Of a stretch of DNA of 64,000 nucleotides, positions 11,951-25,362 are shown one piece after another. Origin of the DNA: Camelus dromedarius (lineage: Eukaryota); assembly GCF_036321535.1 (NCBI RefSeq), contig NC_087447.1, positions 37,140,001-37,204,000 of the forward strand. The letters run 5' to 3'. The notes under the pieces are model-generated. The model saw only the letters and a program-made list of their open reading frames with translations, searched no databases and was not told the DNA's origin. The translations under genes were made by a program, and so were the position numbers. The first letter of the stretch is position 1. Each line of letters begins with the position of its first letter.

Positions 11951-14900
11951 GAAGCTTACTTTTTTTTTTAAACTGAAATTAAATCTCATTACAGAATTTT
12001 TATGACATACAAAAACAAAAACATAAAGAAGAATTTAAAAATCAGCCACGACCATCTAGAGATGATCAGTGCTAATACCAGGACTGACTTTGTGAGAAGC
12101 AGAATGGTGCAAAGCATCGTGAGTTTTCCTTGGGCGTTGTAATTGAGCCGATAGAGTAAGAAACTCTGAGGGTGTGTTTTAAATGCCAAGAGTCCATTCT
12201 TTACAATTCTATATAAAACAGATTCAGACTAATGCACTTCACCCAGAAAGCCTCTCTGTGTCATTTCCACTAGGACCTTCCATAGGGTGACCCAGGGTCA
12301 AAATTAAGCATTCCAGACCTTAGGACATGACCAGTATTGGGAGGTAGGAGGGAAGAGAGCTTTCAAACCACACATGGTAAGAGCTGCCATCTGTCAACCT
12401 GATTCTAATATACAGTGCCAAGCTCGGACTCCCATTGTATTTTGGCTTAAGCAGAAATGCTCCCCTCTCTCTTTGCATCAAAAGACTGAGAACTCCGTGG
12501 TGTTCCACCCTGACTAGAGCCAAGTATAGCTTAATAGGAAGTAGATTCTGAAGTCACAGCAGACAGATATCATAACCACTCAGGAGGAACTGGGGAGGCA
12601 TCGCAAGAAGCTACATCTAATGGGCAACTTAAGGGCCCAGACAGGGCATATCACAGCTAGCATTTGAGAGAGAGTCCAGGCTGAAAACCAGCAGGAGTTA
12701 AAGCAGCGGCAGAAGACAGGGACTGGAGGAGGATATCAGGGCAGACCAGTTAGATTCGTGCAGAATACATTTTGCTAACATGACACTGCTTTTTATTCTC
12801 CCCTCTCCCCCAATAATAGGACTTTCTATCAGGATCCCAAATTTTAGCACTTATTGTAAATAGTAGATATGAAATGGGGAAATGTGGTTTAGAGCAAGGA
12901 TGGAAGAAAGGAGTCCTTGTAAGGGTAACTGGTTTCACACGGCATTCTAGCAACACAGGAAAGTATGTGCTCACTCCCTTGACTTGTATGCCAGGCAACA
13001 GGCTGGCCTTTAATTAACTGAAGCTAAGCCAGGTGCCGGGAGGGGGCAGACTCTGTAAGTCACCTCATGCTCCGTCAAGACCTACCATCATCAATGTCCG
13101 AACAGCAACACAATCATGCTCGTCCAGATTCACAGTTTTCAAACAGTAGCAAAGCTGACTAACTCAAACTCTAAAAGAAAAACAGAAGGAAGGACCTTGG
13201 GAGAAGGGAAGGATTGCCAAGGATCTTTCTAGTCTATATTTGAATTGTTCCTTCTGAAGCCTAAGCAGAAATACTAGCTCTGAAACTTAAGAGTTTAAAC
13301 CTTGACATGGTCTATTCATGGCTTTGTTCTTACCGTTGTTGTTTACTTATAAACCAGGTCAAAAGTCTGAGTAAGTGCTTCTCATTTTACCTTTGATTCC
13401 CCAGAAGTTGGCAGGATCAGGATCAATAATTGGACTCCTGCTTAGAAGGGAAGGAGGCATTACCCTGGTTCTCTGCTTCATCGTGACCAGTGGCTCCTTT
13501 CGAAGGGGAGGAGTGTGCCCCAGTGACCTGCCGTGATGTCTGAGAGACTGGTCAGCGGAGAATCAGAAAAGCTCAGACTTGCTGATTCAGAGTAGCTCAC
13601 AGTTGGGGAATTACAAAGTCCTGGAATCTCAGATCGGGAAGGACATTGAAGGTCATGCAGTCTCCACCCCCAGCCCCTTGTATGAAAAGCATTACGGTAG
13701 AAAAGAGAGGGACGGGGAGTCTAGCCAAATTGCAGTAGCTCTACCAAGAGAGATTTAATCCATTTCACTTAAATTTAATTTACGATCGCTTTGGATTGGT
13801 AACATTGTTGGTAACGAAAGCCTAAAATATGACTTAGTTTTTGATTCCAAATAGTATCAAATTTCTTCATCCAGCAGAGTGGTGGGTTTATTTTTGTTGT
13901 TGTTGAGTTTTGTTTTTAATGGCGACATCAAAACATGGTCTTCTTTTTTTTTTTTTTTTTAACATCAGCTGAAGGTTCAAAACACTTAGGACAGATTTTA
14001 ATAATGAAGAGAAGCATTCAGGAAGGTAGACTACTTAGCAACGCGCTGCAGGCCACAGGCCATTATAAAGAAGCCCATCTGGTTTGGCCAAAATCCTACC
14101 TTTGTCTCCAGAGCTATTTTGCTGTAAATTTAGAACAGAAATACCCTTTCTGGAATAAAAATGTAGCTTTGTTGGCTACAAGTGTATGTTTGCTGCCTCA
14201 CAATTTTAGAATTAGACGATGGACTTATTTAGTAGACATCGGAGGGTAAAAAGCAAAAGCCCATAATTTAAAACATTCCACTCCACCACAGTCCAAGAAA
14301 AACACGGACCGGTGAACAAAACCAGCAGTATTGTAATAAGAAAACAACTAGGTGCATTTTTTCCAAAACCTTAAAAACCAGGAATCTAAATGTATGAGTT
14401 ACTGGCTAAAAATTCCATTTTCATGTCTCAGTTTTGAGCTGGAAAAACAACATAGACCGATAAACATCGTTTTAAAAAATGCACAAGTTCTCCTGCAGAC
14501 CAAGGTGTGGACGGCAGCCTCGCATCCATCTTTCTGTACCCAACGGCACTTTCTGTGGCCTGGCGGGATCCTGGGCTAAAAGGATTTTACGTTGCAAAGA
14601 TTCACAGGCTTCTAGTCAGGCCCGTGGTCACTTCTGAGGCTCCCTCCCCACAAGTTATTTGGCAGTGCTGTTAAAGTGTTTTATTTTCCCCCTAAACACT
14701 TTGAATATCTGTTCGAGATCCGCAGAGTTTTCCAGGGCAAATGATGTGGTAACTTTTAGTAATGCAGGTGGGCTTACCCAGGCTGAAAGGCAGGAGGGAC
14801 TGGAATTTCTTCAAGAAAAGAGCTGAGGCTGACATTCAGGCCTCTGTTCTAAGACAATTCTAAGATGTGAGTCAACCAGCCGGTGGCATGAATGATGTTG

Positions 14901-16949
14901 ATATTTGAGTGTGTGTGTGTGACAGTGAGAACACACACACTTCCTGAAGATGGCTAAAAGTGACTTGGAAACTACCAAGGGCAAATCCAAACATCTACTG
15001 GTAAAAAGCAATCTACCTGAGAGTTAAAATTTTGATTGCACAGCTGGTTTTGGAGTTTTAGATGAAGCTGCACTCAGTGAAGACAGAGGAGTTCTGGTCC
15101 TATTAGAACACGAGAGCTGGTAACATAAAATAATGAGGAAGATAAAACTTTTGTGAAGGAGAAGGAAGAAAAGAAAATTCTGAGAAGATGAACTTTCCAG
15201 AAGGAGCAGAACTTTCCCTCATCAGCGGCTGGTCAACACCTGTGGGTACCTCAGGTCACTTCATGCAGGTAATGGACATATATGTGATGTCAGAATAAGT
15301 GTGTGTGGTCCCTGAAGGAGCATGCCTAGGGAGTTTGAGTATATAAATTTTTAAAAAGTAAGATATCGTGGCAATCATAATTTTTATCACATCCCCCAGA
15401 GAAAATCTCCTGCTTAAGAGTTTTGACAGAGGAATGTGTGGGGACAATGAAAGGGAGGGGACCGGTTTGGGGATCCATCGATGGGCTCTATTAAACATGT
15501 CTCTTCTAATTCCTGTCTCACTGCTCAGGGAACGAGTCAGGGCTATTTTTCTTCCCTTTGAATCCTTTTCTTTTACACTTTTGTTGAAAGCAAAAATGAA
15601 CAGTCCTAGTCACTTGCCATTTAAATAAGAGGGAGTTGATTACCTTTAACCAGTTGTTATGGTAAGAATGCTGTACATGTCGGTGATGGCTAAGTTCCCA
15701 GGTGCCCAGTTGGCTTTTCTGGCCTCCAGAGGATTCCTTTTCTGTCTGCACTGCCTACATGTCTGGAGTCAGGCCCTCTGGAGCGCAGCCAGCAGAGAAC
15801 CACAGGCTGCTGCCGAGATGCTCGCCGAGTCACGTGCTTCCTGCCTCTGGTGACTCCTACCATTTTCTTCATCACTCAGCTATGGCTTCTTTAGGACTGA
15901 GTATGGCATGCAAAATGACTACTATTTCTCTGCTACTCATGGGCTGGTTCAGATGGAGCTAACCCCACCCTCTCCTTTGACTGTTGGCATGGGCGGAAAG
16001 GGGAGGAAGACCACCATTGGCTGGAATTTAGTCCAGGATGGTAGAGTCTTGGGCTACAACCTGATGATGTTAAGCATGAGGGAGATGTAGGGGTGTTGAT
16101 GTATCATGTTCTATCAAGGCTTCCCCCTAATCTCTTTTGTCTAAAGACCAAACAGCCATCTCTTTGGTTAAGGACCAATCTAGCAGGGCATAATGTGCAG
16201 GGCGTGCCATCCTGGACATTCAAAAAGGTGTATATCAAATATCTGAGAGTGTGTTTGTGTGTAATAAAGGCTTGAAAATGTCTCGCCAGATTTCACCTTA
16301 ATACTCTTCTGCAAAACTGTGAAAAGGCTTGGCCACTTCCACATTTTTATTAAAGCTGGAGATGGGGAAAGGGAAACATCTGGAGAATAAACTAGAAACC
16401 GATCATATCTGACTGACAAGCCATATTTTGTTCAGAGACCTACAAGATTTTGCTCCAGACCTGCCTCCTTATGACAAAAGCCATTTCACCATCTAGCTAC
16501 TAGGGTGAGAGGTATACCAGTCTTCAAATCGAGATCTGTGAAAGAAAGTGGGGAGTCCTCTCCTTTCCCACCTGCAAAAATGTTCCTGTTTAATGTATGA
16601 GAACCTAGTTCTTTGCAGGAACACTGATGACTGCTAGGCCATACCCACTGCCTGATTTTTCAGACTTCAGTATAATACCTTTGTGCACATGCATACCAGA
16701 GATGTACACAAACAGCAGTGAAGACAGGAGAGTTCTTTACTTGAAGCAAGTCTCTTCTTTCTGAGTCTGAGTGAATTGGACTAAGGGCTGCGTAAGTGTT
16801 TGTATTCTAGGGAACTCACAGCCTATTCTGCAAAGATTGTTTATCTGGATGCCTTAATCAACTGAGATTGTTTTGTATTTTACTCGCTTACCTTTACTGT
16901 AAAGAATAAAACTGTAGGGCTGTCTCAGGAAAAACATTTTACATGCACA

Positions 16950-17085
16950 ATCCCATTTACTCTTCTTTCCTATGAAGAGAAGCTATTAATTACCCCCATG
17001 TAGATTAGGGAACAGAGGCCAAAGCAATGAAGTGACTTGCTCCAACTCACACAGCAGTGGGTATCTAAACCTAGGTCTGCTATTA
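16950..17085 (-). mobile_element. MIR SINE
   Basis: ggaacagaggcc...gaagtgacttgctccaactcacacagc core. Confidence 0.65.
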
Positions 17086-17199
17086 ACAGGCATGCATGAT
17101 CTGCTACATCACACAAAAGTGGTTGAAAAGGTGGCCAGTGGACTGTTCACTACGACTATGACTAGTAAGCCATGATTATTATTACGTTAATATACTATC

Positions 17200-17320
17200 T
17201 TTTAGATTGTAAGCTTCATAAGGGCAAGGATTGGGGTTGACTAATCACTGCATCCTCAGTGCCCAGAACGGTACCTGACACAAAATAGGCAGATAAACTA
17301 TTTATTGAATTGATGAGTAA
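17200..17320 (+). mobile_element. L2 3' end
   Basis: tagattgtaagcttcataagggcaagga...cagtgcccagaacggtacctgacac...tatttattgaattgatga. Confidence 0.75.
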
Positions 17321-17602
17321 AGAAATATTTGGTCCAGTACATCAACCCACAAATTATATATTTAAATTGTATTATGTTAAATTATATTATAGTGTTGTTA
17401 ATAATGATCGGCTTTCGTGTTTCTATAGCACTTTAACTTTTCAAAGACTTTTCTTTTTCTTAATAAAGTTTGCCTTAGGAGGACAAAGTGAAAGTTAAGG
17501 ACCCAGACACTGGGACTACATATTGGTTTCCCAATCCATGAATAAGACAATTAATTGTGAAGGAGACTAGCCTCACAAAATTGCTTCTGCAGTCTGTCTT
17601 TC

Positions 17603-17727
17603 TGGACCATATGTTCCAGGTTTTCTGGAACATACCTGATTGCTAGATCTATTCCACTGACCCCATAAGGATATTCCTACTTGTCAACCCTGTGTCCTGG
17701 TTTTTCATTTAGAAAATATGGTCACCA
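17603..17727. mobile_element. hAT-Blackjack MITE (MER94/MER81-like)
   Basis: Inverted ends gaccatat... / ...atatggtcacc; internal tgttccaggttt and tgtcctggttt repeats. Confidence 0.6.
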
Positions 17728-18839
17728 TATGTATGTTATAAAACTTGAGTCTCTAGACTAACTTCACCCTTTTGTGCAGGTATTAGTAAATCCCACATTC
17801 TACTAAATTTTCTGCACGTGCTTCAAACAAGCGCTGATCCCAGCTCTTTGCATTGATCTTGAGCAGATACATTAGTAAGTCTATTTAAATTTAACAATGC
17901 AGTTTTCCATAGAAAGATGATTTCAATGACTCATTAGAAAAATGCATTTGTTCAAAGCACATTTGAATTATTTCTCTAATGTAATTAACTTATTCTTTTT
18001 ATTAAATTTGAGCATTTTCTGATTTTCCTAAAATTAAAGATTTATGGTGATCCTAATAGGGATGCATGAAATTTAATAAAACATGCTTTGACATTATGTT
18101 GGATTTGTTATTTTATGCATTTCCTAAACAAGATGGACCAAGTCAAATGGACATATTTGAACAACTTCATTATCTGATTCTTTGGACGTCCTGGATAACT
18201 TTTAGAAAGAAATCATAGGAATCTCCATGTGTAAATTCAGAGCGAATGTTGTTTCTGATCTAAGTTCTAGCACCAACTTATTCTATGACTCCGGGCAAAC
18301 TCCTTCCACTCCTTTGCAAATTAAGTGACTTAGTCTAGGTCAGTGGCTCTCTTCCTTTGCCCTGAGAGCCCCTGAGTCCCTAGGAGGCCTAAGGATCTGC
18401 CTTGAAAGACTCCTTCCTCCACCCTTACTTCACTAGGAGCAGCTTGGCTTGTATCTGTTAAGTGTATATACCAGTCCACTGGGGAAAATACTGTTGGGGA
18501 AAAAAAAAGTTTGACAGCTAAAATAGTTTGTGGTCCTCTGGTGTCTGTTTGATCTGTACTTCCACCTCACTTCATTAAAATGTCCCTGTGTGGTATATGC
18601 GGTTTACCTGGGTGGAGAAGAGGTCTAGGCATGTATCTAAGGGGCGAATAGGAAATCTTTTAGTGTAACTTGCTAGGGTAGAGTGACGAGGGAATCACTG
18701 ACAAACTTATAGACCCTCCATGGAGGATCAGTGTGGTCAAGGTAAAGTTTCAGTCTGGGAAGGTGTCTTTGGTTCTAAGCATCGGCAGGAGACAGATGTT
18801 AAATCATTAATCATGGCATTTATGGACTTTAAAGTGCAT

Positions 18840-19046
18840 ACTAACTACTATATATAAAATAGATAAACAGCAAGGTCTTACTTTATAGCTATATTCAATA
18901 CCTTGTAATAGCCTGTAATGAAAAAGAATATAAGAAGAAATATATATATATGTATAATTGAATCACTATGCTGTATGCCAGAAATTAACACATTGTAAAC
19001 TGACTATACTTTAATAAAAAAATCTTAAAAACAAACAAACAATAAA
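18840..19046 (+). mobile_element. Young lineage-specific L1 3'-UTR fragment with A-rich tail and TSD
   Basis: Homologous to 11254-11511 (ataaaatagataaaca...ccagaaattaacacattgtaaactgactatactt). TSD taaagtgcat (18830-18839) / taaagtacat (19047-19056). Confidence 0.85.
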
Positions 19047-20654
19047 TAAAGTACATTAAATATGGAGCTATGTATATGTGGAGAACTGGTCCACCAGGAT
19101 ATGAGCCAAGCTTTGATATAGTTATGTGTATGCAGAGACTGAATGGGCCTAATGGAGAAAGTTTCAGAAAACTGGAGGAAACTGAGAGCACTCCGTCATT
19201 GAGATGATCAGTCCTTGACTTCTCAAGTTACAGATAATGGTGTCTTCCATCAGGCCCACGCTCCCAAGGAAATTCTGACCAAGACTTGGCAGGGCCTTTG
19301 TAGGATCAGCCCTTTAATAGAGAGGAGCCCAGAATTAGCCTTGTTGAAGTCCATTAGTCAGTGGACCTGGAGGTCGTTCATTCAAGTGCCCTTGGTGTTG
19401 ACGATTTACTATCATTTCTGTTACATGGATCCATTCCAACTGGATCCCTTTTTGTTATACTGAATCACTGAGTAGCTTTACTTTGACAGACACTTCAGCC
19501 TAATTCAAGCTTAGGCTCACCACACTCATGTGGGAATCTCTACAGGGCCTTTGGTGTTCCCTTAAAGCAGTCAGGGTTTTTCTTCCTTACCCCATCATCC
19601 GTACTGCTAAGGTCCCAGTGTGTCTTGAGGTAAGTCTGTCCAACTTATAACCATGAACACCTCATGCTGAAATGCCCAGAAAGCAGCAAGGTTGTGGCTG
19701 GAAACTTAAAGCTCTGATTAGTCTAGAATTCAGTACATCCAGAGAAAGGCTCTTTCATGGGACAGGACCGGCCACGTGGAGGGGTTAAGGAGAATGCAGG
19801 TCAATTTCAGCCCTGGAAGGTTGTCCAGGGTACCCAGTTCAGTAGTTCCTGCAGCTTGTGGAGCCGCCCTGACCTCTGAGGGCTGCTGTGGCCACTACAG
19901 CTGAGAGCCGATTTAACTTTCCCTTATTTATTTCCTTGTTAGTTCTTGGACCCATATGTTGTGAACCCATGGTGCTCTCTTCTTGTTGCTATGTCTCTAT
20001 TCTTGCCCCTGTTGTAGCCTTTTTCCAAGAAATATGATCCTCCTACAAGGACTGGAAGGCATTTCCAGGAGCTACAGGCTAATTCAGAGGATAGTTGGCT
20101 TCAAAAATTTCCCTATGTGCCCTGCAGAAGGGTTGGCCAGAATTCCAGCACGGGATGGTGCCATGTCACTTTGCTCTCTCTCCTCCAAGATCCTGTTTCT
20201 GAAATGGAGTTTCACCAGCAGTGTCTATGACAAGTCAGTTGATTTCTCCAGAATGTGCCATAACAAATCTGCATCCCCTAGGAGAGGTGGTGTGACCACC
20301 TCATTATGTGCTCTGACCTTCAGAGGCACCTCCCCCGGCCCCATCACCCAGCCCTGATCATCTTTCCTTCCCTTCCATTTCTGTGGTTCTGACAAGAGCT
20401 GAGAGGCAGAATGTCTGAGAATATAGCCATCACTGCACACTAGTTTGTTTCATTCTCCAATGGAAGGTCCCTCAGGATAGGTTTGACATCCGCCTTCCCT
20501 ATTCCATCTACCACAGTCTGGCTGAACTCAGTGCTCATCACACACTTACGGCTGATTGAACTTGTGATTAACACAAAACTTTGTGCTTGTGCAGAGATTA
20601 GACAGAACCTTTCCAACCATTATTTCATTAGACTTTTCACAATGATCATGAAAC

Positions 20655-20845
20655 TCAGAAGGTTGACTTAGAAGGCTGAACTCAGCTAGGATGCTGAGAT
20701 GGCTGGGTCTTTCTTTCTGTCTTCTTGTAATCTAGGACCTCTCCCTCTCCAAGTGGACTCTCCCCTTGGTTTCTCCAAGTGTGCCTTCCAGCAAGTAGCA
20801 AGATTTCTACCCTAGCAGCTCAAGGCTCCTAAAAGTGCACCATAG
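20655..20845 (-). mobile_element. Old MaLR LTR fragment (MLT1K/L-like)
   Basis: gatggctgggtctttct...tttctccaag...agatttctaccctagcagctcaaggctcc resembles antisense MLT1K/L. Confidence 0.5.
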
Positions 20846-21769
20846 CTACTATGACCCATAATCAGTTTCTTAGGTACAAGGCTCTCAGTGCATGTCTCTC
20901 ATAACGTGCTCGCTAATGCGAAGAATGTCCAGGTAATTAAACAGCAACTTAGAATTCTCCCTCCTGGGTAATCCTAGAGTTTAGAAAGAGGTACTAATAC
21001 TTCACGAGAAGATTTCCTCCTAATCAAAGAGCTACTCTGAAGTCTTTCAGATGAAGATGAAGGTGGCTCTGGATGTGTGCCCACTGCTAGTCTTCATGTA
21101 CAAGTAGGCCCTGCTGCGCCTTATAGAAAGCATGTTTCAATCAGTGCCCAGCTGAGACGAGATAATGCAAAGAAGGATCTGCCTATGCCTGTTTTTATGG
21201 ACCTCCAGGTAGCCCCAAAGCAATGACTGTTAGGGGTCTATAATACAGGAAAAGAGCAGGGGCATTTCAGTGAGACAGGGACTGGATTTATTTCCTTGTC
21301 TTATCACTTAACAGCTATGGGAGCTATAGCCCCTGATTCAGAGTAGGAATTTAATAAACATTAGATTTTCTTTTAATCAGATAATTTTGTGCATTAACAT
21401 AAACAACAACAAACATTTAGAGAGCCTACACAACAAGTCAGATAATGCTCTAGTTGCCAAGAATATTTTTATTTGCAGGCTGGAGGATGTAGGGGGTGAA
21501 GGCGAGGGAGAAGTAGAGGATTACTCATCTAGCTATTTGCAGCTTCAGGAAGCCAGAGAGATGGTGAAGTCATTCACTGTATTAAGGAATACAGCAAGAG
21601 GAGGCAGTTTTTCCCCTCTTGTAGAATTTCTTGTCATTATAACACCATCTCTGAAGCACTGGAGCTTTTCCTCTGAGCTCACATTTCTAGTATAGAAGTG
21701 TATAAGTCAACTTTCACCGGGTAAGGCTCACATTACACTTAAAAAAAAAAAAAACCAAAAAAATTAAAC

Positions 21770-22700
21770 AAACACTGTTTTCAGAAGCCACTGAGATTTG
21801 GGGCTGTTACCATGGTCTTCCCCAGTGAAAGCTGACTAATACAGAAATTGGTACCAGAAGTGGGGTGTTACCATAACAAAACAAAATGAAACAAAAACAA
21901 CCAAATTATGTGGCACTGGCTTCAGAGTCAAGCAATGGGCAGGGAGGAAACTATTACTGAAGTTGACAACAAAGTGATTCATGTTAGGCAGTGGTTAAAC
22001 ATTTGGTAATATTATTTCCTGAGATAACTTGGAAGATAGATAATTTACCTAATAAAGGTGTGGCTTTAGGTGAAGAGAAGATAGATAATTTACGTAATAA
22101 AGGTGTGGCTTTAGGTGAAGAGTTTGGCAAACAAGGAGACCTGTGTGCTTGCTTGTCTTAGCTGCAGGATACAAGGTACTATAAGAAAGAGATGAGTTCA
22201 GAAGTAATTGTCCAGCTTTCAAGCAGGAAGGAAAGGAAAAAGAGAGAATCCAGAACTTTCAGGACTTGTGGGATAAAACTGATTCTCATATACAACCTAT
22301 AAAAGTTTAAATGAAAAATGTGTTGAGTGACAAAAGCTAATTATATTAAGGACCCAAGGTAAAGTTGAAATCAAGGGTGTTACCTCCATACCCTTTGTTA
22401 AAACCTTTAAATGAATTAAGGTGACTTTCAGTAAGTTATTTAAGTTGGACAAAATAGTTCAGGGAAAGGAAACTAAGGGTTTGCTCTCTCATGAAAGCTT
22501 GATGAATCTGAGGCACTTCTAACTAATTCTAGAAAGAAAGGCATGTCTTGAAAAGAATTCTGGGTGTGGCCATTGGCATATAGAGTTTGTTGGTGAAAAA
22601 ATCAATGATGGTTTTGAGAGATTTTCATTTTCAAAAGCCACCAGCATGAATTAAAAGACTGTAATCGTTAAAGGTATAAACTAACTCTTGATGCGTACTG
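21770..22700 (+). mobile_element. MaLR (MLT1H-like) 5' LTR end plus internal sequence
   Basis: LTR end aagccactgagatttgggg...ctgactaataca (to 21843) immediately followed by MLT-int start gaaattggtaccagaagtggggtg. Confidence 0.75.
22032..22121 (+). repeat. 45-bp tandem duplication (2 copies, 1 mismatch)
   Basis: gaagatagataatttac[c/g]taataaaggtgtggctttaggtgaaga at 22032-22076 and 22077-22121. Confidence 0.95.
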
Positions 22701-22749
22701 GTCAGTTTTGTACACAATCCCTCAATCTGGTGCGCCTTTTTTTTTTTTC

Positions 22750-23520
22750 ACAATTGGATTCAAATTATGCATTTTGGGCATGAACATCAGAGAAGTGAAA
22801 TAGTGTTCTTATCATTACAACATATCAGCCACATTACTGTGGACGTTCACTTGGCTAAGGTGGCATCTACAGGCTGCTTCATATAAAGTTACTCTTTTTT
22901 CTTTGAAATTAGGGATTATTTTGTGAGAAGGTATTTTGAGATAAGGTAGATATCCTATTTCTCATTAGAATTTCATCTGTTAGTTCTAGTACATATTGCT
23001 AATTCTTGCTTGGATCACTTATTCATCTGGTTGTCAAGTAGCAATTTTCTAGTTTTTAAATTCTTTATTCATTGATTGGTTGAAACTCTGCTGTAAGAAA
23101 TTTCTATTCTCTTCAACCTCTGTATTTAATTAAATTGATTAATAAATACATTTCTCCTATGCATTATTTTTACAAATTTGAAATTGTACCATGCTGAAAT
23201 TAAATTAATTTCAGTGTGAGCTCATGGATTCTTATTTTATTCCATGGGTATTAATCCATTACTTTCATTTATTCAATGACACTGTCCTATGTTTGGCCAG
23301 TGGGAATCACTTTAAGCTGATTTCTACTTTTTTTTGAAACCCTCTGTCATTTCCTGAGTACTTCCATGTTGTTTGAGACAAAACAATGTCCCAAGCACAT
23401 CTTATACTTTCCCCATTTCAGCCCTGGAGTCAGCCATTTTTCTAAGGATTCCTTGCCCTTCTAGTGAGGAATGGTACTTAGAGACCAAGATCTGGATGCT
23501 AGGTGTTCTTATTGCTGCCA
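22750..23520 (-). mobile_element. L1MC4/L1MC5-like 3' UTR
   Basis: cagccctggagtcagccatttttctaagga...gaatggtacttagagaccaagatctggatgctaggtg is typical of this UTR in antisense. Confidence 0.7.
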
Positions 23521-25362
23521 AGGAAGATGTCATTGTAATATTTAACTTAACATTTTGATGCTTCTCTTTGCATTTTTTCCTATAAGTTGTTTTTGCAAAC
23601 TTAAAATTGAACCATGCTGAATTTTTTTTTCTGATTTTTCATTTAACAGTATAACATGAGTATTGTCTGGTTATTTCAAGCAACTTTTTAGAGGATTAAA
23701 TAGTTTTCATGAATGGTTAATACCAAAAATTACTTTTGCATTTGGCACCATGGGAAATTATTATTTCCAACTTAATTTTGTAATTCACAGTAGGTAACAA
23801 TAAATACATTTGTTTTAAAGATGCTTTCACAAGCAGTCACTATTTGAATTCTCACAATAATCCTTTACAGGGAAGATCGTGACTCAGAGATATTCCATTA
23901 TCCTAAGCTCAGTGGAGCTGGGGTGAAGCATAGGACTTCTGGTTGACTTACATTGCTGGTCACCTGCTTATGTGTATGTATTTGTCTTCCTTCCTAGCTT
24001 AAGTCTAAGTCACTTGATGGCAGAGGCCATGTTTTAATGTGCATGTGTCCCCATTCTTCCAGTACACCACAGTGGAAATTTATCACTTCGTTTAGAAATA
24101 TCCAAAAAGTCTTTGACCCAAGACTTGGGAAAGCAAATTCTTGGGAAGTTTTTTCACTGAGAGTTAGCTGTTAAATCACCTCTTTCTCCTTTTTGGACAT
24201 TGGTGGCCAGATGTCTTAGTTACTGCAATTCTTTGCAGGGGATGCCATCAGCAAGGGAGGAAGAGAAGAGCGATTCTGTTTGGATAGGGAGGGGTAAGCC
24301 CAATAAATTTGCCAGCTGCATTTGCTATCCTAGCAGTAAAATACACCATCCCACACTGCCTTTAACTACAATGTAAGACAGAGGACGTGGTAATAAACTA
24401 CTCCATGGTAGGGATCCTTATCTGCAGCAGATTAAGGAGCCCGGAGACCACATGGAGACAAATGTGTAATTAATGATATTGTTCCAATTAGTGGGACTGG
24501 TCCAGCTGAAAATTAAAAGCACAAAATCACAATCCCTCCATCCTTAGTCACTTCCTTGCAGACTTCCGGACCAAGAGGCTTTTTGATGTTGATTGTCTCC
24601 TTGTAGCTTTCAGTTGAAGACGAGCCAAATCGCACCACTTGTGCTAATTATCCCTCTCCTGAGATTGCAAAATCCTAGTTAATAGGGGAATTAGTCCAAA
24701 CCACTTACTGAATTTCCAAGGTGGCAGCTCTGTGCTGGGGACCTGGGCCAGTACAGACCTCAGCTGCCAAGAAGCCACCAGTGTGAATATTTCCTCCTGG
24801 TTCCATTTAGCCAGGAAAGCGAAGGACTCTAGCGCTTTGAAGGAAGAGTGGGAATAATAGGTGCTCCTCCAAGAAAAGAGAAATCATCTCCTCCCCTGGG
24901 TCCCCTAGCTCAGCCCATGGCTTCGCCACCTTCCTGGATTCTTCCACTGTACTCTTCAGTACATACTCCCTACCTCTAAGCATTTATCATGACCTGTTGC
25001 TCGTGCTGTTTAAATGTTTCTCGTATCTTACTTCACTTGTCCTCATTGCATTTAATTTATTCCATGCCCAAGGTTACTCAGGTGACAAGATGGGCAACTG
25101 GCACTTGGACTCAGACTTTAGGTGCCAAGTCTCACATCTTTTGCAGAAGGTGTGTTTTTATTTGGTTCACTAGTCTGGTTGCAGCAAAGCTCTAGTAGGA
25201 TATAATATTGCATGGAAAATACTGAACCAAAAACTTTTTCATAAGCCACGTTCCATTTGGGAAGACTTAGGGAACAACTCCTCTTCTCCTACTTATGGGG
25301 GGGCTCATACTGCTATCATTGGTGAGTTTTTTATAAAACATCATTACAAAGAGAACGGATCT

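Noticed and set aside
13943..14650. Minus-strand processed pseudogene (poly-T at 13943-13960 with an ATTAAA on the minus strand)
   Set aside because: The signal is ~36 nt from the tract, and I found no TSD or recognisable coding homology.
14908..14941. Hairpin from inverted (TG)n/(CA)n
   Set aside because: Low-complexity 11-bp stem; expected by chance from dinucleotide runs and too short for a pre-miRNA.
22032..22121. CRISPR-like or prokaryotic repeat system
   Set aside because: Only two adjacent copies with no spacer, no cas-like ORFs, and the DNA is clearly mammalian.
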